Positions 26,718 to 28,930 of a DNA stretch of 28,930 nt are shown one piece after another. The notes under the pieces were generated by a model. The model was not told where the DNA came from and did not search any database. It saw nothing but the letters and a program-made list of their open reading frames with translations. The position numbers were made by a program, and so were the translations under genes. The stretch is from a virus (lineage: Duplodnaviria > Caudoviricetes): IMG/VR virus record IMGVR_UViG_3300020440_000063, positions 1 through 28,930 of that record. One strand, written 5' to 3'. Positions within the stretch are counted from its first letter, which is position 1; each line of letters starts with the position of its first letter.

Positions 26718-27017
26718 ATGGCAATAGAAGTAGGACCAAATACTTTAAAATTTAAAAATAAACATACTATATATGAAAATGAAATAGTATGTAGGGTAAG
26801 TGCTACTGAACTTAACATGTCCCAAAACCCTACAATCACTACAGATAATTCGGGCTCATTAAGAGATTTTGCTACTGGTTCTATTTTTCAACCTTATGCC
26901 ACTACTATAGGAATATATAATGAGGCAAACGAATTATTACTAGTAGGTAAATTTGGTCAACCTATTCCAATGACTAATGAAACAGATATTACATTTGTAA
27001 TTAGATACGACCAATAA
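26718..27017 (+). CDS. Stand-alone C-terminal tail-collar-like domain (paralogue of the end of 20658..21698)
   Basis: YATTIGIYNEANELLLVGKFGQPI...FVIRYD aligns by eye with FITTVGLYNDANELLSVAKLSKPL...VRVKLD; CRV...NMSQNPT aligns with VRV...NYTTNPS. Confidence 0.8.
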   Translation: MAIEVGPNTLKFKNKHTIYENEIVCRVSATELNMSQNPTITTDNSGSLRDFATGSIFQPYATTIGIYNEANELLLVGKFGQPIPMTNETDITFVIRYDQ

Positions 27018-27437
27018 ATGTGGTTATACAATAATGAAGTTATAAAAGGTATTGAACAAATACCTAAAAATACATTTGGATTTATTTACCAATCTACTTA
27101 TATTCCAACTAATGAAAAGTACTTAGGTAAAAAAGTATTATTTTTTAATCGTACTTTACCACCTTTAAAAGGTACTAAACGCAAAAGAAAAGTAGTTAAA
27201 GAAAGTGATTGGCTTACTTATTATGGTAGTCATGAAAAAATTAAAACTCTTTTAAAAGAAAATAAACACAATGATTTTAAAAGAGAAATTTTAGAATTCG
27301 CATTTAATAAAAAACATTTAACTTATTTAGAAACAAAATATCTATTTTGTAATAATGTTTTAGAAAATAAAGAATATATAAATGATAATATATTGGGTAA
27401 ATTTTTTAAAAAAGATTTGGTTAACCCAAATATTTAG
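27018..27437 (+). CDS. GIY-YIG family endonuclease (single-domain, Seg/EndoII-like)
   Basis: GFIY...KYLGKK, YYGS, FKREILEF, LTYLETKY, YINDNI: GIY-YIG core with catalytic Glu and terminal Asn. Confidence 0.75.
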   Translation: MWLYNNEVIKGIEQIPKNTFGFIYQSTYIPTNEKYLGKKVLFFNRTLPPLKGTKRKRKVVKESDWLTYYGSHEKIKTLLKENKHNDFKREILEFAFNKKHLTYLETKYLFCNNVLENKEYINDNILGKFFKKDLVNPNI

Positions 27438-27447
27438 TGTATATTAC
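27416..27447 (+). promoter_or_regulatory. Host-sigma-type promoter, copy 4: TTTGG-N17-TGTATATTAC
   Basis: TTTGG 27416-27420, 17-nt spacer, TGTATATTAC 27438-27447; 20 nt upstream of the primase ATG. Confidence 0.65.
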
Positions 27448-27467
27448 TCAAAACTGAAGTTTTTTAA

Positions 27468-28397
27468 ATGATAAACCAAATATTACTTGGGTTAGTAGAA
27501 TCCGTTCTAGGTAAGAGTAACCCAACAGCAAGGGGTAATCATGCCTTTTATTGTCCTTTTTGTCATCACAAAAACCCAAAACTAGAAGTAAATTTAATTC
27601 CTAATAAAAAGAAAGAGAATTTATGGCATTGTTGGGTGTGTGATAAAAAAGGTAAAACTTTGTTTGGTTTATTTAAGGCATTAAAGGTATCTACTGATAA
27701 AAAAATACAACTAAAAGATATACTAGGAACCACAGAAAAATATGATATTATAGTTTCAAATATTAAAGTTGAATTACCACCTGAATACAAATCATTATAT
27801 AATCTTAATAAATCAGATATACATGCTAGACACGCTTTAGCTTATCTTAAAAGAAGAGGAATTGCTACTCAAGATATTTTAAAATATCAAATTGGATATT
27901 GTGAAAATGGAAGATATGCTAATAAAATTATTATACCTACTTATAATGCTGATGGGCAATTAGACTATTTTGTAGCACGTTCATTTGAAAAAGAACCATC
28001 AAGGAAATATGATGCACCATCTTCAGATAAAAATATTATAGGATTTGAAAATATGATAAATTGGAATATTCCTATTGTATTATGTGAAGGTGCATTTGAT
28101 GCTATTGCTATAAAAAGGAATGCTATACCTTTATTTGGTAAAAATATATCTAAAAAACTAATGCAAAAATTAGTTACATCTGAAGTTAAAAAAGTTTATT
28201 TAGCCCTAGATAAAGATGCTATTAAATCAACTTATAAAATAGCTAAACAATTATTAGAAGCGGGAAAAAAACTATTTGTAGTAGATTTAGATGATAAAGA
28301 CCCTGCTGATATGGGATTTGCTTTATTTACAAGTAAAATCCAACAATCACAAGAATTTACATTTTCATCTCTACTTAACTTAAAACTAGCCATATGA
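27468..28397 (+). CDS. DNA primase (DnaG/T4 gp61-type)
   Basis: Zn-finger CPFC...WHCWVC, YLKRRGI, IIIP, FVARS, TOPRIM VLCEGAFDA ... LALDKDA ... KDPAD. Confidence 0.92.
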   Translation: MINQILLGLVESVLGKSNPTARGNHAFYCPFCHHKNPKLEVNLIPNKKKENLWHCWVCDKKGKTLFGLFKALKVSTDKKIQLKDILGTTEKYDIIVSNIKVELPPEYKSLYNLNKSDIHARHALAYLKRRGIATQDILKYQIGYCENGRYANKIIIPTYNADGQLDYFVARSFEKEPSRKYDAPSSDKNIIGFENMINWNIPIVLCEGAFDAIAIKRNAIPLFGKNISKKLMQKLVTSEVKKVYLALDKDAIKSTYKIAKQLLEAGKKLFVVDLDDKDPADMGFALFTSKIQQSQEFTFSSLLNLKLAI

Positions 28398-28930
28398 AAT
28401 TAAGGAAAGCCAACTTTCCTAAGCAGGAACTAAACCGCGAATTTACTCAAATTACTACTAATGATTCTAGATTCTATGAAGATGGAGAAAAAACATACCC
28501 CTCAGTTACGTATGTTTTATCTTATTTTCCTAAAGGAAAACATTTTGAAGAATGGTTAAAAAGAGTAGGATATAATGCCGATTATATTGCCAAAAAAGCA
28601 GCTGATGAAGGAACACTAGTACATAATTTATGTGAACAATATCTTTTAGGTAAAGAAATAAATTTAATGAAAGATAGTTCTCCCCAATATGATTTAAACG
28701 TATGGAAAATGTTTTTGCGTTTTGTTGACTTTTGGGAAACTAGTGGTGCTGAATTAATAGAAACGGAAATATTTTTATACTCTGATACTTTACACATAGC
28801 AGGAACTTGTGATTTAATTTGTAAAATAAATGGTGAAGTATGGGTTATTGATCTTAAAACATCAAATAATCTACAAACAACCTATGATTTACAATCAGCT
28901 ATATACGCTAGATGTTTTGAAGAATGTTCT
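28394..28930 (+). CDS. PD-(D/E)XK exonuclease (phage exonuclease/MGME1-like), runs off the window end
   Basis: Translated by hand from ATG 28394 (ATGA overlap with primase): RFY...YPSVTYVLS, EEWLKRVG, EGTLVHNLCE, ETEIFLY, AGTCDLI, VIDLKTS, LQSAIYA; open for 179 codons to the edge. Confidence 0.88.
   Translation, partial: MKLRKANFPKQELNREFTQITTNDSRFYEDGEKTYPSVTYVLSYFPKGKHFEEWLKRVGYNADYIAKKAADEGTLVHNLCEQYLLGKEINLMKDSSPQYDLNVWKMFLRFVDFWETSGAELIETEIFLYSDTLHIAGTCDLICKINGEVWVIDLKTSNNLQTTYDLQSAIYARCFEECS

Larger units (their letters stand above)
1..28930 (+). other. Segment of a large contractile-tailed phage genome, probably infecting Bacteroidota
   Basis: gp25/gp6/gp7-like baseplate genes, phage sigma, primase; no cellular housekeeping genes, integrase or att site seen; host inferred from promoter motif, SD-less starts and SprB-like repeats. 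Confidence 0.85.

Noticed and set aside
7480-28797. Short minus-strand ORFs in the track (7480, 7966, 13436, 15062, 15719, 17682, 18675, 19503, 20350, 27566, 28582) and the + ORF 15668-15922
   Set aside because: All lie wholly inside long, motif-bearing + strand genes and have no recognisable motifs; they are shadow frames.
28394-28930. Cas4 / CRISPR-associated interpretation of the terminal nuclease
   Set aside because: PD-(D/E)XK motifs are present, but the N-terminal YPSVT..L..W motif fits ordinary phage exonucleases, the gene is truncated, and no repeat-spacer array or other cas gene is visible.
1-28930. Stop-codon reassignment (TAG/TGA recoding as in some large phages)
   Set aside because: Long genes are intact and tile the window under the standard bacterial code; TAG and TGA act as plausible stops at gene ends.
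1-28930. tRNA, rRNA or strong intrinsic terminators
   Set aside because: Intergenic gaps are too short for RNA genes and no GC-rich hairpin with a U-tract was found by eye, apart from the weak candidate at 2758-2786.

Overview
An AT-rich, densely packed stretch of a large myovirus-type (T4-like architecture) bacteriophage genome, with all credible genes on the + strand. From left to right: (1) an early/middle block (DUF932-family protein, several tiny ORFs missing from the supplied track, a 2OG-Fe(II) oxygenase, a glutaredoxin, an HD-domain hydrolase, a membrane protein and a gp55-like phage sigma factor); (2) a ~22 kb baseplate/tail module (split central-spike-like genes, gp25, gp6/baseplate J, a DNRLRE-like protein, a 1781-aa gp7-like protein with a LamG-like domain, tail-collar-like proteins and adhesin-bearing proteins); (3) the start of a replication block (GIY-YIG nuclease, primase, truncated PD-(D/E)XK exonuclease). 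Four copies of a TTGG-N17-YGTAYMTT promoter resembling the Bacteroidota -33/-7 consensus, the lack of Shine-Dalgarno sites and SprB-like repeats point to a Bacteroidota (probably flavobacterial) host. Main highlights: a tail gene split by a ~4.3 kb cassette carrying host-like SprB gliding-adhesin repeats; a two-tier promoter system with a candidate late motif ATATTTATA; and strong enrichment of [S/T]-G-S tripeptides in outer virion proteins. All family calls are by motif recognition only; no searches were run.
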